Shown here piece after piece: positions 21,324 through 31,897 of a DNA stretch of 64,000 bases. This stretch comes from Alphaproteobacteria bacterium (lineage in GTDB: Bacteria > Pseudomonadota > Alphaproteobacteria > MPNO01 > UBA830), in the NCBI GenBank assembly GCA_964291215.2, contig OZ219791.1, positions 2,208,001-2,272,000 of the forward strand. Direction: 5' to 3'. A program made the translations under genes and the position numbers. Below the pieces are notes generated by a model, which did not search any database, was not told the DNA's origin, and saw only the letters and a program-made list of their open reading frames with translations. Each line of letters starts with the position of its first letter. Position 1 is the first letter of the stretch.

Positions 21324-22555
21324 GCGGCCAACCTCTCAAAGGTTATGTTTCGTTCATTCAGATCGACGATAACACTACCGCGTCTGTGCTCGCGTAGCGC
21401 ACGAAACACTTCATAGCCGCTCAGGATTGCCTATTCCCATAGCCAGAGCGGGCAGCGCTCTGGTTCATATCCGGTGACGAGCGCCCGCGCATTTTTGAGA
21501 AGGCCGTAATCGACGCCGCTTAAATTCTCGAAAAAATTCACCTGCGTAGCGTGATTGAATATCCAGGTCGCAACACCTTCCTCAATCAGTATGGCGCGAG
21601 CTCCGTCCTCGGCCTCATTGATCTCGGGACGGCTTTTGCGCTTGACCCGGAAGAGCGCCCGCATGACCGGGGACCACCCCAGTTTGGCCGCGTAAGCAAG
21701 ATGGAAAACATCATGGAAGCAATAATCGTCTTTTTCCAGCTTGTTGTCGGTAAGCCGGTCACCGACGTTGACGTCATTGCAGCGCAAAAAAACATACATC
21801 TTTTTGTCCACCGTCTTCTCGAAAATCTGCATCTCTATACGTCGCGGAATCTGCTCCCCGGAATCATATTCGTCGTCGAAGAGCGGCGGATAGATGCACT
21901 TCAGTGGCCAGCGGTCGTAAATCTTGGAGAGATTGCGATGCGCGGCTTCGCCCAAGCTGACGCCGACATTGTTAGCAGCTTTTATAATAGTACGGAATAC
22001 AGTTTCCATGTGGTCCGAAAGGTCACCGGACCCGTCCGCGATTTGACCTGCCGAAAAATCGGCGATCAGTTTGCCAACCTCGCCGGCCAAACGGATGAGC
22101 GTTGTCTCGAACACGGCTTCGGCGTCCGGTCCTGAGACCGACAACGTTGGCTGAAGCCTTGAAAAGGTGATGTCTGGCACGCTATCGTTGGAACCGCCGT
22201 CACTGATGCGGCTGGCGAGCACTGGAAGCGTTATCTGTGCCCGGCTGGCCAAGCGGGAGAAATACCAAAGGATGTCCCCCAACTCTTCGATGACTGACTG
22301 CTGGTAACCGAAATAGGAATCGGAATCGCGCTGCTTCTTCTTAAGTTCAGACAGCAGGCTTCCTGCCTCGCCAAACAGACCTAGCAGAGGGAAAGAAAGT
22401 CCCTCGGGCATCCGGTCTGTACCGCAGGACAGGGTTTGATATTGCGCGAGAGTGAGTTCGCAATAGGGAGCTTTCAGAACTGCCTCAAGCGCACCTGACA
22501 TTTTGTCGCGCTGCTCCGCAGAGTTCTTGCTCTCGCCGAAACGGAGGTTCGCCAT
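21320..22555 (-). pseudogene. MazG-like NTP pyrophosphohydrolase with MazG_C domain; in-frame TAG at 21431-21433
   Basis: GLFGEAGSL..E.KK, EELGDILWY, D.Y.FHDVFH, WSPV.R, EDGARA..IEEG; frame resumes for 36 codons to a TGA overlapping the UDG ATG. Confidence 0.82.
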
Positions 22556-22655
22556 CAAATCCTCACATCCTACCGCAACTGGGGGAAGGGCCGATGATGA
22601 CCCCTCCTGCCCGGCCTCGTCGCAGTGGGCATTCCAACACGCCGTGCACGCTCGC

Positions 22656-22940
22656 CTACTCTCGTCTGGCACCGAAACTACCGACGATGCCGCGTTTCTC
22701 GAAGGCGCCCGCGGCTTCGGCATGGTTCGGGCCGTGGAAGCCGCCCCGGATGATATCCCCCGAGGCTCCGGAACCGAATGTGCCGTCCGCGCCGACCGGA
22801 ACGTCGTCGAAGCTGACGGCGCCGACGGACCAGGCATCGCCGTTCGCATTATCCCTGATGTTGTCGATCGCCACGTCGATCATGCCGGCCGCAGCGCTCC
22901 AGGAGAGAGTCGCGTCCCCGGCCAGGCGGGTTCCGACCGC
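22656..22940 (-). pseudogene. C-terminal fragment of a TbpB/transferrin-binding-like beta-barrel surface protein
   Basis: IRGGFHGPNHAEAAGAFEKRGIVGSFGARRE* matches the typical G.F.GP...E..G.F....G.FGA.R terminus. Confidence 0.6.
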
Positions 22941-22944
22941 GGCT

Positions 22945-23420
22945 CCCCGCTCGCTGGCGATTTCCATGCCTTCGCCGAGGCCGGCCGCCGTCTCGCGGCA
23001 CTGCATCTCGGCTACGAGACCTGCGAGGAATATCCGCTGCGGCTCGACTATGCCGGGAAGGGCGCGCCTGCGCTGGCGCAGTTCCGGCTTGGCCATCGCG
23101 CCATGCGCTTCGCCGACGCGGACCGGACCGTTCTCATCGTCAACGACCTGGTCCGCCTGTCGGGCATCCCCCCGCAAGCACACGAGTATCGGGTCAACGG
23201 GCGCACCCCGCTCGAATGGCTGATCGATCGCTACCGTATCGTCCGCGACCGGCAGAGCGGCATCGTCAATGACCCCAACGGCTGGTTCGACGACCCGCGT
23301 GACCTGATACCGGCGCTGCGCCGCATCGTGCAGGTCAGCGTGGAGACCGTTGCCATCATTGCGGGCCTTCCCTGTCCGTTCGCGGAACTGCGGGAACAGT
23401 CGAACGGAGAGCGACCATGA
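22945..23420 (+). pseudogene. Type ISP restriction-modification enzyme C-terminal (specificity) fragment
   Basis: DFHAFAEAGRRLAALHLGYE, GIPPQAHEYRVNGRTPLEWLIDRY, SGIVNDPN, IVQVSVET; no N-terminal part. Confidence 0.85.
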
Positions 23421-24859
23421 CGGTCGAGCGGATCGCGCGAATGGTATCGGCGGGTGAATCCGAAACGCTTGAGTTCAAGACCACGACCGGGACGCGCCGC
23501 GAGGCGGTACGAACCGTCTGCGCGATGCTTAACCAGCAGGGCGGCCTGGTCCTGTTCGGCGTCACGCCGGAAGGCCGCGTGGTCGGACAGCAGGTGAGCG
23601 AACGCACAATCGAGGAGGTGAGCGCTGAGCTCTCGAGAATAGATCCGCCCGCATTTCCGGCGATTGAACGCATCCCAGTTAAAGAAGGTCTCGAGATCGT
23701 CGCCGTCACTGTCGTGCGCGGGCAAGTCGGACCCTACATGTACCGTGGCAAGGCGTACCGGCGGGTCGGCAACACAACCGTCGAGATGGACACGGGCGAG
23801 TACCGCCAAATGCTCTTCGAGCGCATGCACAGCGAGCGGCGCTGGGAGAACCAGCCTGCGGAGGGATGGTCGGTCGACGAACTGGACGCACAGGAAATTC
23901 GCACCACCGTGGAGGAAGCGGTGCGGCGAGGCCGGATCGAAGATCCCGGCACCCGCGAACCCGGCGATCTGCTTCGTGGCCTCGGACTTTACCGGGACGG
24001 AATACTGTGGCGGGCGGCGGTTGCGCTGTTCGGCACCGAGGAACGGATCACTTTCGATATGCCGCAGTGCCTGCTCCGCGTCGCGCGCTTCCGGGGTATT
24101 GATCGCACGGAGTTTGTCGACAATCGTCAATTTCATGGCAACGCCTTTTCACTGCTCAAGGCCGCCGAACGCTTCCTGCGCGACAGCCTGCCCATCGCGG
24201 GTCACATTGAGGAGGGTCACATTGAGCGAGTCGACAAGCCGCTCATTCCTCCACTTGCGACGCGCGAGGCGCTGGCGAACGCGCTTTGCCATCGTGACTA
24301 TTCTATCGGTGGCGGTTCCGTGGGCGTTGCGATCTACGATGATCGCTTGGAGGTCACGTCGACCGGGACGCTGCATTTCGGGCTGACACCCGAAAAGTTG
24401 TTTGCACCGCACGAGTCGATACCCTGGAATCCGCTGCTCGCCGATGTCTTTTACCGTCGCGGCATCATTGAGCGCTGGGGACGTGGAACGCTGAAGATGG
24501 CGGAAGTGACAATCGCAACTGGATTACCGCAGCCCGAAATCGAGGATGCTGGAGGGTGCGTGACGGTTAGATTCCGCCATCCGTCGGCATCAATGCATAT
24601 CGTCGCGAAAGAGCGTATGGTTATTGCCGACGAATCAAATGTGCAGGTGCAGAAATTGAGCGAGGTGCAGCGGAGCGTCCTTGATCTCTTGGACCATACC
24701 GACCATCCTCTAGCACTTCGCGAAATACACGCTCGTTTGGCTGGATCTCTGAGTCTTCGTCAGGTGAAGAGGGTATTGGGCCGATTGCGGGAACTCGGAT
24801 TTGCAACATCGACGGGTCATGGGGTATCGGCTCGATGGAACCGCGCGCAAGGACAATAG
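23417..24859 (+). CDS. Schlafen/AlbA_2 + HATPase-like (RecG C-terminal type) + wHTH protein
   Basis: GESETLEFK, CAMLNQQGGLVLFGV, REALANALCHRDY, WNPLLADVF..G.IERWGRG. Confidence 0.9.
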   Translation: MTVERIARMVSAGESETLEFKTTTGTRREAVRTVCAMLNQQGGLVLFGVTPEGRVVGQQVSERTIEEVSAELSRIDPPAFPAIERIPVKEGLEIVAVTVVRGQVGPYMYRGKAYRRVGNTTVEMDTGEYRQMLFERMHSERRWENQPAEGWSVDELDAQEIRTTVEEAVRRGRIEDPGTREPGDLLRGLGLYRDGILWRAAVALFGTEERITFDMPQCLLRVARFRGIDRTEFVDNRQFHGNAFSLLKAAERFLRDSLPIAGHIEEGHIERVDKPLIPPLATREALANALCHRDYSIGGGSVGVAIYDDRLEVTSTGTLHFGLTPEKLFAPHESIPWNPLLADVFYRRGIIERWGRGTLKMAEVTIATGLPQPEIEDAGGCVTVRFRHPSASMHIVAKERMVIADESNVQVQKLSEVQRSVLDLLDHTDHPLALREIHARLAGSLSLRQVKRVLGRLRELGFATSTGHGVSARWNRAQGQ

Positions 24860-24998
24860 ACCCAATTGGACCGGCCCTATCGGTCTAATGGAGGGTCATT
24901 GGAAGACAAGCAGAAATCCGCACCTCGTGGAGAGACACTCCCGGAAATCTCTGATCGAACAGTTGGAGGTTCATCTTGCGGAGACCGGGTGTTCAACG

Positions 24999-25123
24999 GT
25001 AAGCGTTCGGTCACGCGGTGACGACTGATTCTGGTTGGTTCCGAGCCTTCTGACAATCTGCCGACAAAACGCATCCTCAACCGGTGACGATCACCAACGA
25101 TCACCCCGTGACCGAACGCTTAC
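24999..25123. mobile_element. 125-bp IS66-type MITE
   Basis: 23-bp terminal IRs GTAAGCGTTCGGTCACG(C/G)GGTGA with 1 mismatch; 8-bp TSD GTTCAACG at 24991-24998 and 25124-25131. Confidence 0.93.
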
Positions 25124-25202
25124 GTTCAACGAAACATCCCATAATTACTAAATTATTCCGATAAATCAAATGGTTGTGATGGGTCAGGCCGGGACTCCGA
25201 TC

Positions 25203-25885
25203 GTAAGCGTTCGTTCGTGCGGTGAGGTGTTGTTGTTTTCGTCCGTTTGACGGGCTTTTGTCAGGGAGTTCCAGCGTCACCCGGAGCGGTTTCGTGCGCC
25301 GGGATGCGCGGTGAGGGGCACTGGCGTCATGCCGTGTTTTCCGCATTGGTTGCGGTTTTGTCTTGGCGCTGCGGAGGAGGAGCTGAGCGCCATCCTGTGC
25401 CGGTTGCAGGGTTCAGAGGGTCCGCTTCCAGTCCTTGCGGAGCGGGCCAGATGTCCTTCTTCGGCTTCTGTCATGTCGGTCGTGGCGGCCGCTGGTTGTT
25501 CCGACGCGGCCGGCAGACGCCGCGACGCGGGACCTCGACCAAGGTCTCGCAGGGCACGGGCGTGGTGTTGTAGCGCGCGGTCCATGCGGCGGTCGAGAAG
25601 CAGCGGCTCGCCGCATGGACCGCGTAGCGCATCTGCGGCGTCGACCAGGCGCGTGTATCCGAGGCAGTGTCAGCGGGCAGAGCTCGTCGAGGGTCTTCGG
25701 GGCGGCGGTGTGATCAGCTTCGGGGCTGGCGGCGGCAGAAGGCGCGGGCGATGGGGTCCGCTCCGTGATCGTCGCAGCACTGCGCGACCATGAAGTCGCG
25801 CCCTCGACCTCGCCGCTCACGGCGGCGCCGCGAATCTCCGCCGCCTCTCCGGGCTCACGGCAACCGGGGCGACAGATCGCCGGGC
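25203..25885 (+). repeat. Direct repeat of 46596-47395 (IS66 right end + DUF4338 relic)
   Basis: Near-identical sequence beginning GTAAGCGTTCGTTCGTGCGGTGAGG, differing by short indels. Confidence 0.92.
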
Positions 25886-27135
25886 CGCCGTCCTCCGCGC
25901 AGGCGCCAGCGCAGAACGTCGAGGCCGCTCCTCTCGACCGTGCCGTGTACATGACAGCCGTCCATGCTGTCGGAACCGAAGCCGGGCTTCTGCCCGGGCC
26001 CCTGACAGCCCTTTCCCCGAAATTGTTGTCCATGGTCGACGAACACGCGATGGTTGAGCGCAGCGGCCTGCCTTCCGGCGCCGCTTTCGGAAGCTTCGGC
26101 GCTTCCGCAAACAGCGACCGCAGTCTCCGGCGCCGCCTGCGCGGCCTCGAACTCCGCCGACAATGCGCCCGGCAACAGCACAGGATGATGAAGGGCCACA
26201 GGCGCGCCAGCTTCTTGCAGGCGCCGTAGCGGTCGCAGACATGGGGGCGTCCGCGCGAACAGCTTCGCCGCGACCTCGGCGCTGCGCGAGGGAGAGGACC
26301 GCGTCACGACTGACCGATGTCCGGAGCCAGGCGCGACTTTCGGACCTCCCTCAGGGCCCGGATGCATCGGCATGGCGCAGACCCCGGTGCGCGAGGATCG
26401 CGTCCCGAAGCGGCTCGAACAGGGGCAGCATCCGGCTCGCTGGCCAGCGTTTCCGGCGAAAGCCCCTGGTCGGTTAGCCGCGACGCGGCGCAAGGGCCGC
26501 ATGCACGCACTCGTGCAGCACATGCGTCCACACCCGAATGCGGTGCCGGGAAACAGCCGCCTCGCTCGGTGAACCGGGACAGTCACAGCCCCGGCGCGGG
26601 CGGACAATCCGCCGCTTGTGATCTCGATGATCCTGGTGCGAACCGTTGGCAACGTGCCGCAGCACGAGCAGGCATCCTCCGCCACCTCCAGCCGCTCCTC
26701 CACCTCCTTGAGCGCCGGCTGCGGCGTGCGGCCATGTGTCGCGCTGCTGGCCGCGCTTCGACGACGCCCGCTGCCTCTTCTCGCTCTTGCGCCCGTACAT
26801 CGACGACCTGTGAAGCTTGTCGTTCTCCGCCTCGAGCGCCCCGACCCTTCAGAACCTTCATCGCGGTCTTCAGGCCGGCATTCTCCATGCGCAGCGACAC
26901 CACCGTCGACCGCTTTCGCGCGCCAGCCTCGGCAAGAAGCTGGCCCGGACGCGCAACCTCCTGCTTCAGCGCAAGAGACTGCTTCGCCGTCCGCCGAACT
27001 TCCCTGACCTCCGCACGGGCAGCTGCCAGCTTCTCACGATTGCTCTCGAAAATCGCCTTCACCCAAGTTGGGACTTTTTGCAGCCTGGAATTTTTATCAC
27101 GTTGCGCGATTTTTTTGTCGGCCAATTTCAACATG
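25203..27135 (-). mobile_element. Degenerate IS66 element (tnpC relic) with downstream DUF4338-like passenger
   Basis: GTAAGCG terminus at 25203; YGRKSEK, CSCCG, DNNFGERAVRGP fragments. Confidence 0.8.
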
Positions 27136-27139
27136 GCAC

Positions 27140-27450
27140 TACATTCCATTGAATTCTGTCAGCTTGTGAGGCGGCTCCTCGTGCGGCGGGTTCGACACCA
27201 GCCGCCGAGGAGATTTCGGCGACCTCGGCGGTGCGTGTCCTGTCGGTTGACGATCAATGTGCGCAGGCGCGTGGTGACCTTGGTTCCGCATGCTCTCGCG
27301 GATTGATGTCCGGCACTTGTCGATGCCCCGCGCGGGGATCAGATGCACCGCGGCGAGCACGGCGATCAACAGGTGGGCGGCGATGCGCTGGCCGGGCGCA
27401 ATCCGAGCTCGGATTTCAATGAACGGAAGGTGGCCTCGATATCCGTGTCC
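27140..27450 (-). mobile_element. IS1634-like transposase C-terminal relic
   Basis: DIEATFRSLKSELGLRP, QRIAAHLLIAVLA. Confidence 0.7.
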
Positions 27451-28876
27451 CGAGCATCCATGTTTCCTGGCAAGGTTTTTGCGGGTGTCTGCGGTGATGT
27501 TTTCTGTGGTTGTCCACAAGCGGTGTGGGATTTGCCCTGCGAGCGAGGCGACATGAAGCTTGTGGTCCCGGCGGCGGGTTGCCGTCCATTGGTCACGTGA
27601 ACGCGGCTACCTTGCCGCCCCCGGGCACGTGACCGTCCGGGTTCCAGGTGTCCCAAGGCGGTTCGATCTCCTCGATGTCGGCCTCGACGATGATCTGCAG
27701 ACATTCTCCCCAAGTCGTGTCGTAGTAGGGAGACTGTCGATACAGTCCCGATCGCGCTCTCGGCAGGGGTGAGGGCCGTGTCTCCTTCGCTCACTCACCG
27801 GTGCTTCGGTCGACCAGCAACGCTGCTGTCGCAGCAAGGTGTTCGCCAGAGCTTGCGCATCACGGCGACAATGGCGACTTTGTGGGCCTTGCCGGCGGTC
27901 TTGTGGCGCACCAGATCCGCGTTGAAGCGTGCTGCCGAGGTCGCGGCCAGGAGATCGCGTGGCCTCCGGCGCCCGCCTCGGATATGCCGAGCACCGTGGC
28001 CACTGTCGTTGGCCATCGGCGCCACCCCGATCAAGGCTGCCGACGCTGCCGAGTTCGGGCATCCAACAAAGAAGGGCTGCGGCGGTCACTGGACCGGGGA
28101 TCGAGGTCAGGGTACCTCTGCTCGGGATCACCGGCGATCACCGCTTTGATCGCCGCGCCGGCAATGCGGTCATCGAGATCGGCCGCCGAAGCCCTTGTGA
28201 CGGTCTCGCCATCCACCTCATCTGCCACTTGCCTCAACTTGGTCCGCACGTCGACAAGCGCGGCGCGCGATACTAGGAGATCCCCCAGGCAGTTGAGGAA
28301 GGCTTCCTGAGGAGCCACAGGCTCGAGATCGCCGAGCACCGTGCCGATCTTGGCCAGCGCGTCAACGCGGTTGGCCAGATGGCCCAAAGCCTCGGCGAAG
28401 CCCTCAACGGGCAGGACAACCTCGAAGCCCCGGTCATGAAGACACTGGTGAACCTTGCGGTGATAGCGGCCTGTCGCCCACCACACGGGTTACCTCGAGG
28501 CTGCGAAGCCACGTGCCCGTGGCGTCGTTCGTAAAACGACGCCCCAGATGTCCAGACTGGCCTTGCTGACCCCTGCTACTACCTTAACCATCGTTCCTCG
28601 CCTTATGATGATACGGTTCAAACCCAAGCATCCATTCAGGACGCAAGGGACGCCAAAGGAGGTTGCCACGCTCGGGAACGGCTCTATAAAGCCAAGGACG
28701 GAACGGCAACCTCCGCGGAGATCGTTTGATCCCCGCTCCCCTGTACGTTCTCACACAGGGGAGCGGAATCTCTTTGCAACCATAGCTCTCCCATAGTCGA
28801 GGTTATCCACATTTTCCCGCCCCCAACTGCTGTGGATGATTTCATCATCAAGGGGACAAAACCTAGTCATATAAGG
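27451..28876 (-). mobile_element. Composite unit with degenerate IS110 transposase (start 28591) and structured 5' non-coding region; inverted copy of 40870-42240
   Basis: [36 protein letters not shown]; reverse-complement match to 40870-42240. Confidence 0.85.
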
Positions 28877-28879
28877 ACG

Positions 28880-29200
28880 GTCTCGATATTCCGGGCGCTG
28901 GTGCGCAGGCGCCCGCGTTGTCTTGTCGTCTGTGGCTGAAGCGCACGGCCGTTGCCCGGCCTTCTCGACGGTGATCTCGTAGTGCCGGGCGACGGTGGAG
29001 AAGCGCTGCCTGAGACCGCTCTCCGGCACCTTGTCGTGGCGCCGGCCCTTGGAGGTGGAGCTTTGCCGCCTCGAAGCCCTGCGGTCAGGAATGGCGTCCT
29101 CGGCCCTCTTACTGCTCTCCACGCCGCGCCATCCTTGCTGGCAAGGCGCCTGCACTTCGTGGTTGGTGCTGATGATCAGCAGGGCCTCGGGCCACGGCGA
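28880..29200 (-). mobile_element. Probable IS1634-like transposase middle relic, separated from 27140-27450 by the IS110 unit
   Basis: KV.E..LRQRFSTVARHYEITVEK; same strand as the C-terminal relic. Confidence 0.5.
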
Positions 29201-29299
29201 TCCCACGCTAGGTTTGTTGGAAGGGTCGGTTTCGCTTGTTCAGGATGATTCGTATTTTCGCTGGCTTTTTGTGAAGCGGCGTAGTATCCGTTGTCGTGG

Positions 29300-30352
29300 G
29301 GGCAGCGGATTTTTTTGAGACGACTCCGGAGGGTTTTGAGCTCCGGGATGTGGTTGTGCGCCTTGCGCGGCCTGGTGCCGCTGGAACCGTGTGGTTGACC
29401 GTATCTTGGTTTCAAGCAGTTTGCCGGTCGAGGTCTGCGCTACGTGTTCACTTGGCGCGGGCGGTGGATTGGCACTGCAGGCTGGCAGACGGGCGCCCTC
29501 AGCTGCGCACCCGTTGGATTGGCTGGCGCCGCGAGGAACAGTTCAGGCGGTTGCCGGGAACAACACGAGGTTTGTTGTTCTTGGTGGTCGTTTCCGGGCC
29601 TTGCCTCGTTTGCGTTGTCGCGGATGGTGCGGCGGCGACCGGGAGGCTGCCGTTGCTTGTTGGGGAGTCGTTTGTCTCGCCGACGAAGTTCAGCGGCACC
29701 ATGTACAAGGCGGCGAACTAGGAGTGCGTTGGCAGGAGCCATGAGCGCGCCAGCGGGCGCCGACCGGGGAGGCGAAGGATCCTTACGTGTTTCCGCTGCG
29801 TTGTGACGCGGGATCGTTCGCCGCTTCCTGTGGCGTGGGAGTTGCGGGCGCCGCTGGTCGGCGCAGGAGTTGCGCTCGATTTATCAGCACTCGGTCGAGC
29901 GCGCCTCGCCGCAACAGTTGCTCGCATGGAATCGCGGGCACCGGGTGGTTGAGAGCCATCATCATGTCCGCGACGCCACCTTCCGCGAAGACGACTCCAT
30001 GCTCCGAACGCGCCCGCAAACAACGCGATCAACCTCGCAATCGCCGTCATCATCCGCAACAAGCTGCGCAAATCCTTCAACAGCTTCGTCGACACCACCA
30101 TGCCGACAAGCGCAAGCAGGTCCTGCACGCAATCACAAGACCAGGCTGACCGCGCCCCTCTCCCCGACAGAAACCGCAAGCTTTCGAGCCCGACAACCAA
30201 GGCCTCTCGCTCGCCCCGGATAGGCCGACCAATCGCGCCCCGCGCCGCAACAGCGCGTCAGCAAATCTCAAAATCGCAGCCTCGAACGCGTCGACCCGCG
30301 CCGCGATCAGGACTCCGATCACATCACATCAACAAGCATGGGATCACCTTGC
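29300..30352 (+). mobile_element. Degenerate DUF4338-ISAs1 transposase element
   Basis: RWIGWRREEQFRRL, NNTRFVVL, ESFVSPTKFSGTMYKAAN, then NRGH.VESHHHVRDATFREDDS. Confidence 0.7.
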
Positions 30353-30471
30353 GATTGCGGCGATTGCCCTTGCGAACTCCACCCGCCTCGGCCATACTGG
30401 AACCCAAACAAAAGTTGTTGTAGCCTTTGAGGGTTCACACCGGATCTGACCAATTACTCGGAGGGAGTGTT

Positions 30472-31740
30472 ATGAGTGAACAACAAGGGATCGGGCGTCG
30501 CAGTTGGCTGAAATGTTCCGTTGCCGCCGTGGTCCTGGCAGCCAGCGCGGCCGTCATCTCGCCGGCGCAGGCCCAGAACACGATCAAGATCGGTTTCGGC
30601 ATGGCATTGACCGGAGGTCTTGCGGGCGCCGGCAAGGCTGCGCTGATCGCCATGCAGATCTGGCGCGACGACACCAATGCCAAGGGCGGCATCCTCGGAA
30701 AGCAGGTCGAGCTCGTCTACTATGACGACCAGACCAATTCCGCGACCGTTCCCGGCATCTACACCAAGCTCCTCGATGTCGACAAGGTCGACTTCGTGGT
30801 CTCGGGATACGGCACCAACCTGATCGCGCCGGCGATGCCGATCGTGATGCAGCGGGGCCTGGTATTCCCGTCGCTGTTCGGTCTGGCCGTAAACGAGAAA
30901 TTCAAGTATCCGAACTACTTCCAGATCATGCCGGCAGGCCCCAAGCCGCTTACCGACTGGTCACGCGGTTTCTTCGAACTGGCAATGGCACAGGACCCCA
31001 AGCCGAAGACCATCGCCCTGGTGGGCGCCGATGCGGAATTCGCTCGCAACGCGGTCAAGGGCGCCCGCCTGCACGCCAAACGGGTCGGGCTCAAGATCGT
31101 CTATGACCAGACCTACCCGCCCAGGACCCCGGACTACACGCCGATCGTGCGTGCAATCCAGGCTCGCAAGCCCGACATCGTCTATGTCGGCTCCTACCCG
31201 CCGGATTCGGCCGGCATGGTGAAAGCAGCCAGCGAAGTCGGACTTAAGACCAAGATGTTCGGCGGCGGCATGGTCGGCTTGCAGTACGCGTCGATCATGG
31301 GGGCGCTCGGACCGAAGCTCAACGGCATCGTCAACTACGATTTCTGGGTGCCGGAGCCAACCCTGAAGTTCGAGGGTGTCGAGGCCTTCCTCGCCAAGTA
31401 CCAGAAGCTGGCCAAGGGCAAGGGCGTCGACCCGCTCGGCTACTACCTGCCACCCTACGCCTACGCCTACCTGCAGGTGCTTGAACAGGCCATCACGGCG
31501 ACCAAGAGCATGGACCATGCCAAGGTCGGAGCACACATGCGCAAGGCAACTTTCGACACCGTGGTCGGCAAGGTCAAGTTCGCGCCGAACGGCGAGTGGG
31601 CCACGACGCGCGCCCTGATGGTCCAGTATCAGGGCATCAAGGACAACAAGCTGGAGACCTTCACGAAGTCTGGAACGCGGGTTGTCCTGTATCCGACAGA
31701 ATGGAAATCCGGCAAGATCAACTATCCCTATACGAAATAG
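30472..31740 (+). CDS. Branched-chain amino acid-type ABC transporter substrate-binding protein
   Basis: N-terminal signal peptide, [26 protein letters not shown]; GGAGGG RBS. Confidence 0.93.
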   Translation: MSEQQGIGRRSWLKCSVAAVVLAASAAVISPAQAQNTIKIGFGMALTGGLAGAGKAALIAMQIWRDDTNAKGGILGKQVELVYYDDQTNSATVPGIYTKLLDVDKVDFVVSGYGTNLIAPAMPIVMQRGLVFPSLFGLAVNEKFKYPNYFQIMPAGPKPLTDWSRGFFELAMAQDPKPKTIALVGADAEFARNAVKGARLHAKRVGLKIVYDQTYPPRTPDYTPIVRAIQARKPDIVYVGSYPPDSAGMVKAASEVGLKTKMFGGGMVGLQYASIMGALGPKLNGIVNYDFWVPEPTLKFEGVEAFLAKYQKLAKGKGVDPLGYYLPPYAYAYLQVLEQAITATKSMDHAKVGAHMRKATFDTVVGKVKFAPNGEWATTRALMVQYQGIKDNKLETFTKSGTRVVLYPTEWKSGKINYPYTK

Positions 31741-31897
31741 GGACGAATCGAGTACGGGCCGGCGAAGCATTGTCCCGGTCGCGGACGCGACCGGGATTGC
31801 CCGCTGGCCCTTCTCCGGACAGGACCACCCAACCGCTTCCAAACCCCGCAGCCGCAACCCGACAACAGGCAGCCAGCGGGCCGGCACAGGATAATCC

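Noticed and set aside
21431-21433. Amber recoding or readthrough in MazG
   Set aside because: TAG terminates ordinary genes here (ilvD, the ABC binding protein); a nonsense mutation is simpler
22556-22849. N-terminal extension of the MazG ORF
   Set aside because: RBS GAGGA precedes ATG 22555; the extension overlaps the TbpB-like relic in another frame
25132-25202. AT-rich stretch resembling an island right boundary or att site
   Set aside because: No matching direct repeat found upstream of the integrases and no tRNA fragment recognised
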